The notes below the pieces were generated by a model. That model had not been told where the DNA came from. It saw only the letters and a program-made list of their open reading frames with translations, and made no database searches. Made by a program: the position numbers and the translations under genes. A DNA stretch of 64,000 nt from Azolla caroliniana (Eukaryota; Plantae; Polypodiophyta): positions 16,616,001-16,680,000 of the forward strand of contig JBHGNT010000003.1 of NCBI GenBank assembly GCA_043228905.1, read 5' to 3'. Positions 1 to 12,647 of this stretch are shown here, one piece after another. Position 1 is the first letter of the stretch. Every line of letters starts with the position of its first letter.

Positions 1-1722
1 ACTTAGGGCAAAACGATAGTTAGATGTAGAATAGAGTCTTCTGTGTGGTAGAATAGAGAGAGTTGTTGTGAGCCTCTATTTGTGAGTGTGACAGAAGAGA
101 GAGCCATGAGAGAGTTACATAGAGAACAGAGAGAAGAGTGAGTGATTCCATAGCTATGTGAGCTTGGATGTTAAGAGCCTTGCGTGGCTAATTCACGCTA
201 CATAAAGAGTGTTGTATACTATCTCCTTTGTATTCTCCATTGTATAGTGGGTCTATTCTCCCATGGTTTTCCCCATTTAGGGTTTCCATGGTTTTACCCC
301 TTTAGGGTTTCCACGTAAAAACTCTGTATTTTGTGCATTTTTTGTTTTCTATTTTGGCGTTATTGTGTTTTCTATTTTGGAAGACCTTCTCATATTCAAA
401 GACTTGTACGAGCCCATCGATAGAGCAGAAATACCCATGAGGGTATTAGAGTCTGAATGGAAACTTCTAAACAAAAAGGTAGCAACCACCATCAAACAAT
501 GTGTCGATGTAAGTGTCCTTCGGCATATGGCGAATGACACAAATGCTTACGAGATGTGGCAGAAGTTGTGAGGTCTATATGAGAGGAAGAATGCCCTCAA
601 CAAAACATCTTTGATGAGAAAGATTGTGAGGCTGAAATATAGGGACAAAGAAAGCATAGTGGAGCATGTGAGCATATTCATGGGGTATGTGAATCAACTT
701 GTGGCAACCAAGTTTCCCCTTCAGGATGCAATGTAGGCCATACTGCTATTGTGTACCCTGTGGACAACTGGGAGAATCTAGTGTTCACTCTTAGCACCTC
801 GTGTCAAGAAGAGAATTTGTGTCTATAGGCGGTAAAGACAAGCATCTTGAATGAGGAGACAAGAAGGAAGGACAAGGGTGTCCTGTCCCAGTCGGAGTCA
901 AACTTGACTCATCATACTGACAAAGGAAGGAACAGATAGAGAAGTCCACTAAGAAGGGAGAAGTCCCAAGCCAGATCCAAGTCCAGAGGCAAGCTGACAT
1001 GCTTCTATTGTGGAAAGCCTGGACACTTTCACAAGGACTGCCGAGACATGAGGAAGGACAAAGGTGTTAGCAATAATGTCGAGCCTAGGAAGATTCCTGA
1101 TGACAAGGGCACTTCAGTCTTGGCTATAAGTGCAGAGGAGATCTTGTTCATTTGTGAGCAAGCAACCACAAATCTTGCAAGTGAAGAGTGCACTTGGGTA
1201 ATCGATTCGCGTCGAGAGAGTGTTTCTCGACTTACATAGTCGGTGATCATGACTATGTAAAGATGGGAGATAATCGAGATTGCAAGATAGCTGGCATAGG
1301 AAGTGGATACCTGATGACGTCGATAGGTTGTCGGCTGATCTTGAGGGAAGTTCAACATGTCCTCGATATCAGAGTAAATCTAATATCGACCGATAGGTTG
1401 GATGACGAGGGCTATAGTGGTATTATCCAAAACGGCAAGTGGAAGTTCTTTTGAGGAAACCTCATAGTGACCCGAGCATACCCCACTATGCAAGTCCGAA
1501 GTGAGTGTGGTAGCCGACTCGAGTGGAGAGTTATGGCATAAGAGGCGAGAAGGGAATGCACCTGCTGGCCGACCAGGAACTTCTCCTAGAAGTGAGAGGA
1601 GTACACTTGGAGAAGTGTGTTGACTGCTTAGTCGGAAAGCAGAATAGAGCAACATTCCACTCAAGAGCACCAAGAAGAAGAGAAGCTACATTGGAACTAG
1701 TGCACACCGACGTCTGCTATGT

Positions 1723-2110
1723 TGGGTTTTCCGCCTAGCTATTGCCGGTGGGCTCCTCTGGATTCTCCTTTTGTTGTTCTAGTTTTGACACATTCCGCTC
1801 ATTTGCCTTCTTTACCCATTTGGTGGCCTGCTTCTGGATGGCTTCTTGGGTTTGCCACTCCGTTGCTTTTCTTTTTGACCTCGTGGTCACTTGTATGTCT
1901 GCGACTTCCGCTACCACCATGTTTACCGTTGGTTGCTTATCGTAGCTTTTCGCCGGACATTGGTTACTGTAGTGTCCCTCTTGTCGGCAATAGTAGTAGT
2001 AAGCCTTCCGGTTGTTGCTGGATTCTGCTTTCGCTCTAGCACCCGGTTGAGGTCCTGTTGTAAGTGCCTGGCCTTGGTCCGGTCGGAATAAGCCATCGCG
2101 GTTGGCTAAC
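1723..2110 (-). mobile_element. Gypsy gag fragment replacing part of the copia integrase
   Basis: Minus-strand YCRQEGHYSNQC..VNMVVAEV..VTTRSK..W..Q..I.KQA..WVKKAN resembles the gag C-terminus of gypsy C (29800-30010). The host integrase resumes at ~2112 with about 60 codons missing. Confidence 0.75.
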
Positions 2111-2665
2111 AACCGACAATGGTTGAGAATATAAAGGGTAGTTCGAAGAATAATGCAAGGCCTAAGGTGTTCGAATAGAATACACAGTACAGAAGACCTC
2201 TGAATTGAACGGGCTTGTAGAGACGATGAATTGAACAATCATGGAGAGAGTAACGAGCATGCTCTCTCATCCTAAACTGCCGAAATCCGACTGGGCTGAA
2301 GCGATGTACACGGTTGTCTATCCGATCAACAGGTCTCCCTCAGTGCCACTAAAAGGTGATGTCCCACAAAGGGTGTGGACAGGAAAGGTTGTCACCTATC
2401 AACACCTGAGGGTGTTCGGATGCATGGTTTATATGCAAGTATCTAAGGATTAGAGGTCAAAGCTTGAGGGTAAGTCAAAAGCATGCATATTCATGGGATA
2501 CTTGGAGGACGAGTTCGGCTATAGGCTATGGGACTTTCTTATCGTCGATAAGAAAGTAGTGAGGAGTCAGGGACGTCGTCTTCTTGGAAGACAAGACTAT
2601 TCAGAACTGGAAGCAACAGAAGTCGGAATCGACTTCCTAGTCAACTCCCACTACCACCGACTTAA

Positions 2666-4818
2666 CTCTTAACTCTTCACGACTTGTCTATGCATTGTAA
2701 GAATTTATATGAGTTATCTCTTGCCGGAAAGATGATGTGTTATGGTTCTCTTTCACATATGCCTTCCTTCTTTACAATTGAAGATATATGCATAGGACTT
2801 AAGAAATTGGCCTCTCGAAAGGCAAGTGATCTTCAATGTATAAAGGCTGAAATGCTCAAATGGACGGGAAAGGAAGCACATATATGGATAAGCGATATGT
2901 TTAATGATGCATTGCAACATGGTATGCCGTACGATTGGACTACAAATTGGATCAAACCTTTACATAAAGGTGGAGATATAAATAATGTAAACAACTATCG
3001 AACCATCATGGTTGGCTCATTAATGGCAAAACTATTTGGATGTATAATGGAATCAAAGATAAGTGTATGGGCTGAAAAAAGTGGTAAGAGAGCTTATGGA
3101 CAAGCTGGCTTTCGGAAACACCATAGCACCATTGATCACCTTATCACCCTTCGAGTATTAATGGAGGAAAGTCGCCTTAGAGGTAAAGGTTTATATTGTT
3201 GCTTTGTAGACTTCAAGAAAGCTTTTGATATGGTACCTCGTGAGCATCTTTGGAGGCGAATGGAAGAACTTGAGGTGCCAAGTGAATATATGCTTGCAAT
3301 TTCCCGAATTTATGAGAAGGTTATATGTTGTGTGCGCATGAGAGATAAACTTTCAGATTTTTTCAAAAGCACTATTGGTGTTAAGCAAGGATGCCCACTC
3401 TCACCAACACTATTTGGTCTATGCATTGATGAATTGGAAGAAATGGTTACCAAGTTTGCAAAGGAAGAATGTGTTGAAGAAGTTGCCATTGGGAATGTTG
3501 TGATTATGCTTTTGCTATATGCAGATGACGTAGTGCTTTTTGCAAATACTTTAGGAGATGCACAAAAGCTTATGAAGGCATTGGAAAAATTTTGCATGCA
3601 TACTAAATTAAGTGTCAATAGCTCTAAAACAAAGATTATGCTTGTGAAGAGCCAAAAAAGAGATAAACCATGCATTATGTACAACAATGAGCCACTTGAA
3701 TATGTGGAAAGCTTCAAATATCTTGGCCTTGAAGTTCCTTCAAATCATAGATGGAATGAATGTGCTACACGCCGCTTAGAGGCGGGCAAACGAGCATACT
3801 ATGCATTTGAGAACACATGCAATCTTGGAGATATTAAGTGTTGGGTCCTCAAGAAATAACTTTTTGACACTTTGGTGACACCAGTTCTTCTCTATGGGGT
3901 GGAAGTATGGGGCGGTAGCATCCCTAAGTCTACGTGGAAAGAGTTTGAAAATGTCCAAAAGCATTTTCTTACCAAGTTTCTACAAGTTAAGAAACAAACG
4001 CCCTACACCCTCCTCCTCCTTGAGACGGGATCGCTTCCCATTGAGATCATGGCCATGGAAAGGGTTGTTGAATACATGCTTAAGGTTCAAAAAAGTCCCT
4101 CACATCGACTTCCTAGAATTGCGTGGGAAGCAAGCAAAAAGATCCAAAAGACGCATAAAAGGAAAATTTTGTGTTCCGGTTGGATGCAAGATACAGAAAA
4201 ATGGTTTGGTAGATGGGATGCGAGACACTTGCTTCATGATGCATCATTAGATTCCTCTGTAAATGAGGCATTTTTGCAACGCCAATGTATCATGACATGG
4301 GACAAATGTGGAGGCTCACGCTTCACACATTATACTACACATGTTGCACCTAACTACAAAACCATATTCTTTGCGGAACGGGGAAATCGTACACATCCAT
4401 ACATGTTAGAGTCCATACCATTATCTGCCACTCGAACCATTGCTTCCATGCGACTTAGCTCACATGCATTGCGATGTGAAACAGGGCGTTGGGGTACAAG
4501 TGATGAGAGTGGTCGGCTATGCACACTTTGCCCTAAACAAGTTCGCGAGTCTGAGTATCACACTTTGATACAATGCTCTGCCTTTGACCATATTCGACCA
4601 TGCTTTCCACATCTCTTCGATCGAGCCCAATCTTTGCATGAATTCCTCTCACAACCACAATGTGCACTCTCGATTGCAACATTCATTGGTAAAGTTCTTG
4701 AACATCGAGAGTCACTACTCACTTTCACACGTATCACGTGAAATGTAATATTTTTGGTCTCATAGGTCATATTTGATCTCCGAAGACGATAATATAATCT
4801 ATCTATCTATCTATCTAT
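2666..4818 (+). mobile_element. 5'-truncated non-LTR retrotransposon (LINE, RTEX-like)
   Basis: RT motifs QAGFR, FVDFKKAFD, GVKQGCPLSP, LLYADD, FKYLG. C-terminal RLSSH..CETGRW..CTLC..ESEYH..QC zinc finger. (TATC)n 3' tail ~4798-4819. Probable TSD CTTAA (2661-2665 / 4819-4823). No endonuclease domain. Confidence 0.9.
2684..4741 (+). pseudogene. LINE ORF2 (RT plus C-terminal zinc finger) with one in-frame stop
   Basis: ORFs 2684-3859 and 3872-4741 share a frame and are separated only by TAA at 3857-3859. Confidence 0.88.
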
Positions 4819-5274
4819 CTTAAGGCCAAGTGAACCGACACAACCAGTCGGTAGTGCCGAATATGAGTCGGTTGGCTTGGAGCAATTGACTAATACAGAT
4901 GAGTCGGAGTCGCCATATCTATTGAAGTCGATCGAGGAATACGAATTGGAATCGGCTAACCCTGAACGACCGATCAACACATATGAACCCTAGCCAAGAG
5001 TAGAGTCGGCAGAGACATCCAGATTGGAACCAACAATGAGTGAAACGAGATGCCCAATTAGAGAAAAGAGAGAACCAAATACATATATATATGCCAGTCA
5101 ATACATCCTCTTAACTGATGAAGGTGAGCCTAAGTGCTATGACGAAACCATCGTCGATGAGCACAAGGAGAAATGGCAGAGTGCAATGCAAGAGGAGATG
5201 GACTCCTTGCACGAGAAATACACTTACGACTTGGTGGAGCTACCAAAAGGTAAGAGAGCACTCAGAAATAAAGC

Positions 5275-6552
5275 TGTTGATGATCTCTTACTTTGGGACT
5301 TTAGACTTTCTTAATCGTTGAGGTGTGCATGAACTTAATCAGAATCTTTCAACCAAAGATTGTACAATCGCCGAATTAGATAGATTTTGGTGGCGGTCAC
5401 CTTGTCATAAGTGTCTAACAACGCTTTTCATAATTGGAATGTCGTCGAACATGATTGTATGGTACAGTAAACTGATTCGGATAGGTGCATCTGAATGGTC
5501 ACATGCACTATCCAATCTAACTTTTTCCATTCATTTGACTTAACTCTTCTGGAGGATTTTCGTTTTCGATCGGATCAATCTGAGATAGTCTTGCATTTGT
5601 TCCTTCTAGAAGTTATAGTTCAATCCCTCAAACTTCGTGACACTCATCTCTGATGAGCCGGATGTGGACCCCATTCCTGACTCGAGCCGATTGGTCATAA
5701 AGTTTTGTCGAGAGGTGGCTGCGATCGGTCGGAGGGCGCAACCAACTAGCTGGTTCACCCAAATTTGATCGAGTAGAATTGGACACAAAGTTAGTCGATT
5801 GGTCGGCCAATTCTGCTCGAAGTAGCTACGGCCGAATGTGGAGTAGAGCTGACAAGTCTATCCCGTTGTGATGCGTAGCCGAATTGAGAAATAATTGTGT
5901 TGATTGGATTATCGATTTGTTTTCGAATACCTATTTGATTTCCAATAACAAAACCGATCCTGCTCCAAGTGACTACAACGAATGAAGAGACATCACCGAG
6001 TGGTCTACCCAAGTTTCACTTAAATCCGGATAGAGCACGAATGGTGTCACCTAGTTCAAGATTCCAGTATGAGTGAATACAAAGAAGGGAGAGAGTACAC
6101 AGCCGAATGGTGTACTTGAGGTGGGTCTAGTCGAATAGACTGTGAATCCTAGAGATGTCTCTTCTCACAGAACATTAATATGTAGTTGCCAAATAGAAGA
6201 TTTCAGTTTGTCTGAAATCTTGGGAGGAACCTTTTCAATGTATAATCAGAGATGTTGAAGTCTTCAAAGAACAAAGCAGAAATGTTGGTGATGGAGCTAA
6301 TGAAGACCGACAGCGAAAAGAACCTCTCGCTTTGATACTAGATGTTGTAGATAAGGTCGTGAAAGGCTGAGAAAAACGCTATGATAGATAGCAAAAACAA
6401 ATAAAACGGTGGCTGCAATAGTTCTGCACTATAATACTCAGCAATCAGACAGAGAGGTTTTCTATCTCACCTTTATTTATATAGCGGGAAAAGAAAACTA
6501 TAATATATATAAAGTAAAAAATAAGAGCACAGGCCAGTTTGGCGTTTTCACA
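5275..6552 (-). mobile_element. Truncated copia: 5' LTR (~6343-6552), PBS, leader and degenerate gag
   Basis: LTR with TGT..ACA ends; degenerate Met-tRNA PBS (minus TAGTATCAAAG ~6331-6341); gag KFEGLNYNF*KEQMQDYL and TKIYLIRRLYNL at ~5300-5680. Confidence 0.7.
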
Positions 6553-6740
6553 CTATGTAGTATGTACATGATGGATGTATCTATGTACATACATATAACA
6601 ATAAATACAGCGAAATATGTACATACAATATGCATAAGAAGCCCTTCTTCTAATACACAAGGTAACGAACAATCGCGACTCCAAAGACAACACACAATCC
6701 AAAATATGTAGAATTTAGCAGAAGAAGGGCTACTAATTAA

Positions 6741-7998
6741 TTAATAATGGTGAGCAGAGCCTGCATGGTCATGGTCATGGACATGGTCATCAGCATCATA
6801 CATAGTGTCCCGACGGGCGTCAACCGCCTCCACATTGGAAGGCTGGACGTCATACCACTGCCACAATTTGTGAGGCTTTATGAGGTCGCCGTCCTCCATG
6901 TATCTGCATATGAAGAGCTTCGCACGGGGGATGAGGTGATGTGGCCTTGAATCCACACCAAGTATAGACAGAAGGCTCTGGCGTATGGAATATGGCGTGC
7001 TGTGGAGCCCACGGAATTGGGGCGGCAGATACTGCGCAGCTCGGAAGAATGTGATGTAGGCGGAGCAAATGGGGTCGTGCGTGTTCACGTACAGGCTCGG
7101 CCTCCACGATCTCAGCGACTCAAACCGTTTCCTCTCTTCTTCCACCACCTCTGCCTCTTGCGTCATGGAGCTCAATGCCCGCGACGTGATCTCGTGTACA
7201 ACCCCCACTGTACTGAGAAGCCATATCGGAAGCTTCAGCTTTGAGGATATGGATCCTAATGGCCTCTCGTTTCGTAGGGTCGGGTGTGGTGGATTGAAGA
7301 GATGTGCTTCTATAAGCTTCCCCTTCTCTGCCATGGCACGCCCTACCAGCAATCCTATGGCCGCCCCTTTCGAGTGCCCCGTCACACACACTCTCTCCCA
7401 CCCCACCTCTTCTACCGCCCTCTTCACCGCATTCAGCCCCTCTACGAACCGCGGGTTACATTCTAGCCTTCCCAAAAATATCATAAGATCCGCCTGCAAA
7501 TCTGCCTTTCTCATCATTGTGCCACGGAACACAATCACTATGGTTGCCGGCCCCGTGGGAGCATGGCCTAGCTTGCTACGGTAAACCGCCCCAAAGATAG
7601 TAGGGCTACCGGTTTTGGACTGGTGGAGAAGCATCTCCTCCAGCTCGTAATGGAAATGTGTCCACCATATGGCGGTATCGGTGTCCACCTCGGATGGAAC
7701 TAGCTGTCCACCTCTGTGTTTTCGGTCTTCCTCGAGCTTGTACACGCCTTCTACCAAGCACGCCATCGCCGCTTGTCGGTAAAGATTTTCCCTATCCCTA
7801 ATTATGACAACTTAATGAAACATTAATAAATAATATGGGTTCAAAGCTACTGAATATTAACAATATATGTAATCACAATCCGTTGATTAATTATGAGCAA
7901 ATAATACTTTAATCAACAACTGACCAAATCTGAAGGTTGCTATAGTCAGTGGCGTTGATGTCCTTGAGCTTCTCAAAGCTTTTCCTACCCTTTCCCAT
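6741..7998 (-). CDS. Class-3 lipase-like alpha/beta hydrolase (At4g10955-like), copy 1; complement join(6741..7797,7925..7998), 376 aa
   Basis: Exon 1 MGKGRKSFEKLKDINATDYSNLQI(W); GT..AG intron 7798-7924; exon 2 DRENLYRQAAMACLVEGVY..VFRGT..VTGHSKG..HLFNPP..LYVNTHDPICS..PHKLWQW. The same exon structure is found in copy 2. Confidence 0.9.
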
Positions 7999-8454
7999 GA
8001 CAGAAGTTTTGAGAAGTTGATGAAACACTTGGTTCCAGAAACCAGAGATGAGCACAATTTGATGGTTTTGAGGTAATCACTCCTGACAATATCAGTATTT
8101 TACATATAGAATTGCTTATTACATGAGAACTCTCAATCGCTCTCGAAATCAGAGATACCTAGACCTATTATGACCACAAGTCAAAGTCTATATAGAAAGA
8201 TAGCATATGTAACTTAGTGGATATTATGTGTCTACGTCAAAGTGGCATTGAAGTGGAGCTGCACTTTGTTGCAACAAACTAATTCGTTAGAATAAATAAA
8301 TAGAAAAATAGTAAACATGACAAGAAAAGGTAAACCAACGTTGTGAAAAGGGAGTTTGTGGGGTGCATCTATAACCACCACAGTCCCTAGAAGTTGTCGG
8401 TTAGTTGTAGAGAGACAAGATTAAACCATACAAAAGTTTTTTTCTATTTTTATC

Positions 8455-8688
8455 ATAACCTTGGTGGATAAGTTGTTTACATTCGTGACACTAGATTTTG
8501 GGTTCAAAACCCAATTTTCTCATCTCTCTATTTCTCCACATGTATCCTCTTTCATTACTAGATGCCAATGAACAATGTAGGGGTTCATCCCATGACCATT
8601 TGGTCTCCATGTGCAACCATACAAATTGAGCTACATCCACATGGGCGCTCTCTCTCTCTCTCTCTCTTTCAATTTCATAATTCCTACA
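8455..8688 (+). mobile_element. tRNA-derived repeat and short copia LTR (8576-8688, TGTAGG..CCTACA)
   Basis: Plus-strand A/B boxes ~8455-8515 and minus-strand A/B boxes 8576-8640; followed directly by PBS TGGTATTAGAGC at 8689. Similar to 50225-50420. Confidence 0.65.
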
Positions 8689-9928
8689 TGGTATTAGAGC
8701 TCTGAAGGAGCCCAACCCCACCAAGAATCTTGGCGTGGTGTCAACACCAAATGTGTTAATTAAAGAAACAATATTTGACTATGTCAAACGTTGGAGCGAT
8801 AACGAATATGGTAGCAAATGCCACCTAAGTATCGTTTTGCACTCATCACATTGAAAAATTGAATGATAAAAATGATCAACCATGGCGGAATGACTATAAA
8901 AATTATATTAGAACAAAATAAGTTGTTAAATAAGTGGTGTGATTTAAACGCTCTCGTAGAACCCCTCCTTCATATGGAGGACACACATAAGCAAAGTGTG
9001 AGAACCGTGACCATCTCCTAACAAATATGGGATAGATTAGAGGTTGATTACCTTCATACGGACGTTACGTCCCAGGTTTCCAATTTAAAAACTTTAATAA
9101 ATATGAATATGAATGAAAATGATGATGTTGACTCGTTTGTCAACAATTGAAGACTTCGCCTTGATGATGTGATCCTTTTAGGACTTCGTTTGCCAAGTTC
9201 TATTTAAATTGCCCTCTTGGTAGCCGTCCTACCCCCATCATGGCAACCATTTATAAGCACAAAATCCACATCAACCAACATTAGTATCCCAACATTAGTG
9301 GCATCAATCTCACAAGAAAACCTACATCGTAGGGCAATAAATCAATGTCCCTCATCTCACACCGCACTTTATATCAAGCATCCAAAATACAATAAAAAAT
9401 CTTACAATAAACCTAGATCAACATACCAATCTAACAACTCCAAATTTTATTCATGGACCTCTAAATTTCATGATTCAAGAGATCATAACAAATCTAGGTT
9501 CCTTGAATCGTTTTGCACAAATTGTCAAAGGAGTGGACATGAAACAAAAGATTGTTCTAGGAATTCTAATAACAAAGGGGAAAGAGCACATAAACAAGAG
9601 CACTTTGACAATGCATCACATAATGACTATGATCAAAATAATGACATATGTCTTAGTGACCAAAATTTTGATGAGGACAATGAAGATTCATTTCATTGCC
9701 TTTATGGCCCTCTCTTCATTTAACCAATCTCCCACTTCAATGTAGATTCTTGATACATGTGCCACATGACACCTCACCTCAAGGGTTGAATGACTCAAAG
9801 ACTATAAGCCCTTAGAACATCCATTCCCCATGAGATTTGGGAACAATGAGGTTGAATATGCCCTTGGACATGGGATTGCCCATCTTGAACTTTCTGATGG
9901 AAAATTCATTGAAGTCAATGAATTTTAT
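8689..9928 (+). mobile_element. Degenerate copia gag-protease
   Basis: PBS 8689-8700; IEKLNDKN..W; LPPSWQPF; zinc knuckle CTNCQRSGHETKDC; protease *ILDTCAT*HLT ~9743. Confidence 0.8.
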
Positions 9929-10411
9929 TGTTAGGTGTGTATAGGAGTGTAAGACACACACAACAAGTACAAACATAACACTCACAGAGAGAAGACAATG
10001 GCAGGAATAACTCTCTCTATTGATAAATAATGCTAAAACTGAAGTCAGAGTTGAAATTATATATCCCTAGGGATTTATTTCAGTTCACACAAGTACAAAC
10101 ACAACACTCACACAAAGAAGATAATGGTTGGAATACCTCTCTCTATTGATGAATAATGCTAAAACTGAAGTAAGAGTTGAAATATATCCCTAAGAGCTGA
10201 ATCATGTATGTGGTAACATGGGGAAAAAACCTGTAGCCAACACTAGAGTAAAAAGTGCCCATCTATAGAGAAAAGGTTCACATCAAAGGTACTCAAGGAA
10301 CACATAAGTGTAACAAACCCCCGTGGAGTGAATGATGTGAACACATATAGGGAGTGACAAATCAACCCCCACAAGGCAATAAGCTTAAAGCTTTGCGAAA
10401 AGCTTCAAACA
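9929..10411 (-). mobile_element. Probable solo LTR with an internal ~125-bp tandem duplication
   Basis: TGTT..AACA termini, flanked by TTAT on both sides; 9960-10070 is repeated at 10086-10195. Orientation is uncertain. Confidence 0.55.
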
Positions 10412-10416
10412 TTATG

Positions 10417-10779
10417 TGTCATGACATAGTGACATAAAAAACATTATCGGTGAGGATTGAACTTACAACCTCACTCAAGCTATGTGTTAATGACTGGTGT
10501 TGAATCCCCCTGAAACGGACCAAGGAGGTTACAAGTATTTATTATATGAGCTAAAGTACATGCATTAAAATATTCTAGAGAATAGTTTGGAAAGTATTCT
10601 AGACCCCTATAGAACCTTTTAGTTCTAGAACTATCAAGAGTATATGACTAAAGAATATTTATATATATAATACACAAGTAAATGCTTATATCAAAATGGT
10701 TGAGCATGATATCTTCTTGAGTGAGGTTGCAAGTTCAATCCCTGCTAACCATATGTTTTTATGTCACTGTGTCATGACA
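10417..10779. mobile_element. B-family LTR fragment bounded by ~63-bp inverted LTR termini
   Basis: 10417-10479 is an imperfect reverse complement of 10717-10779; the interior matches the B LTR (GACTGG.GTTGAATCCC..GGTTACAAGTATTTAT). No TSD. Confidence 0.75.
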
Positions 10780-11662
10780 ATTTGTCTACACACATTATCT
10801 GGTGTAGGGACATATACCAAATCAATAACTCTTGCATGAAGGCGCTATCTCACAAAGTGAATAATGCACCTCAATATGTTTGGTCCGTGCAGGAAATACA
10901 AGGTGTCTTGCAATAAATAATGCACTCTGACTACTTGTGAGAATATGCGTAGCAACATCAATCTCCATGCAAAGATCCATCAAAATGCATCTCAGCCATA
11001 TACACTCCACTATAGTTGTGAAAACTGCCATGTGTACTCAACTTCACAACTCGATGCCGCCACTATAGGTTGCTTTTTATTCAACCAAGATATACTTGAG
11101 TCTCCATGGAAAAAGCAATTACCACTAGTGGACACACGAGTATCATAACAACCAACCCAATCACTATCTGTAAAAGCATGTAAGCATTGTTGAGTATCTC
11201 TGCCATAAAAGAGACCTAAGCTCAAAGTGCCTCTTAGACATCTAAACACACGTTTCATTGCTTGCCAATTGCTAGTGCCAGGGCTATGCATACAACGATT
11301 CAATTAGGGAACAACATACATACTATATATATGTCCTTGTATTGCCTACATATATAAGACATCCCACATCTTGCTGATAAAGAGAATATTGAGTGAGCAA
11401 GTTCAACATGATCCGGATCAGCTGAACAAGCCAACAACTGGATCAGTGTCCGGATCAGACTATAATTGGTAGGCCGTTAGAGGCCTACGATCCTAGCTTA
11501 GTACTTGGGAGTCAATGACAGTCTCTCGGTTCAAGCATTGAAGTTTATGTCACTACTTATGTCAGTCCTTTTATGCACTTGTATAAAAGTGCTCACTGAG
11601 CACATTATATGTACACAGACAGAGTCTTTGAGTATTTTTGAAATTGAGTTTTTATTGTTTTG

Positions 11663-11693
<31 letters not shown>

Positions 11694-12442
11694 GTGTGAA
11701 GCTTTCTATTAAACTTGTGTATATTTTCTATTGCTATCCGGTGAATTTGGTTTCATCTACAAGCTTCTGCACACAATTCTTTTCATGGTATTAGAGCATG
11801 AGGGTTGAGAACCTTTGCTGTCGACAAGCAATTTCCATAGACGAACCCTAACTTCCCGAAAAAGAACAGACAAAAGAAATAAATGGACAGAAGCATAGGA
11901 AGCTCGCTTTTGACAGAGAAGCTTGACAGAACCAACTATGCATCTTGGTCGTACAAGATGCACTAGTACCTGCTCGTGACAGGAACTACATGCTCCCAAT
12001 GAACAACGCTCGGCCACAACTGAGCTTAGGATCAAACACAGAAAATGGGGAATGAAAGCACGACACAATGGAGAGAGGAGTATACAGGATGTTTACGTGG
12101 AAAACCCAAACACGGGAAAAACCACGGCAGTCCACTGACTGCTAACTATCACTATGTAACAATGTACAATAGATGAACACAGAGGCAACGACCTCTTGTT
12201 CACTGTCTTCTTGACAGGCGGCGGTTACAACAGAGATACGAACTGTTCGTCTCTTTCTCTCTCTCTCTCTGTACACTGTTTCGCTCTAATCTTGCACCCA
12301 CAAGAATGACAACACACTTTACTACTAAGTTTGCCCTAAGTCATATTTATACTAATATGACTTTTTAGCTATTTACAAATATAGCCCCGATGGACTCTCA
12401 GAAAACATATTTACGAATAAGTTTCATTCATTCGGTGAGCAC

Positions 12443-12607
12443 TTCTCACCGGGTCTTCACCATCCGGCTCTTGCCGGGTACTCCTCATCCGATTCTCACC
12501 GGGTCTTCCGTAGTCGGGTACTCCTCATCCGGTTCTCACCGGGTCTTCCGTAGCTGGGTACTCCTCATCCGATTCTCACCGGGTCTTCCGTAGCCGGGTA
12601 TTCCTCA
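12443..12607. repeat. ~40-bp tandem repeat in U3 of the F-family LTR (also 17169-17333; variable copy number in G)
   Basis: Unit TTCTCACCGGGTCTTCCGTAG(T/C)CGGGTACTCCTCATCCG(G/A), about 4 copies. Confidence 0.85.
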
Positions 12608-12647
12608 CTTCCCATCCGGAGGGACCAATTTCCTAACAAACTCCCCC

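Larger units (their letters stand above)
1..5274 (+). mobile_element. Degenerate Ty1/copia element (partial LTR, gag, protease, integrase, start of RT), interrupted by a gypsy filler and a LINE
   Basis: LTR-like 1-~350. Gag fragments 365-1040 with zinc knuckle CFYCGKPGHFHKDC; WVIDS protease ~1195; LELVHTDVC ~1690; TDNG*EY..ELNGL..MERV 2112-2450; DEGEP..W..AMQEEMDSL..LPKGKRALRNK 5115-5272. Many stops and frameshifts. Confidence 0.9.

Noticed and set aside
275-312. TTTAGGGTTT / AAACCCTAA telomere-like motifs
   Set aside because: Single units within a conserved LTR motif of the F-related families, not telomeric arrays.
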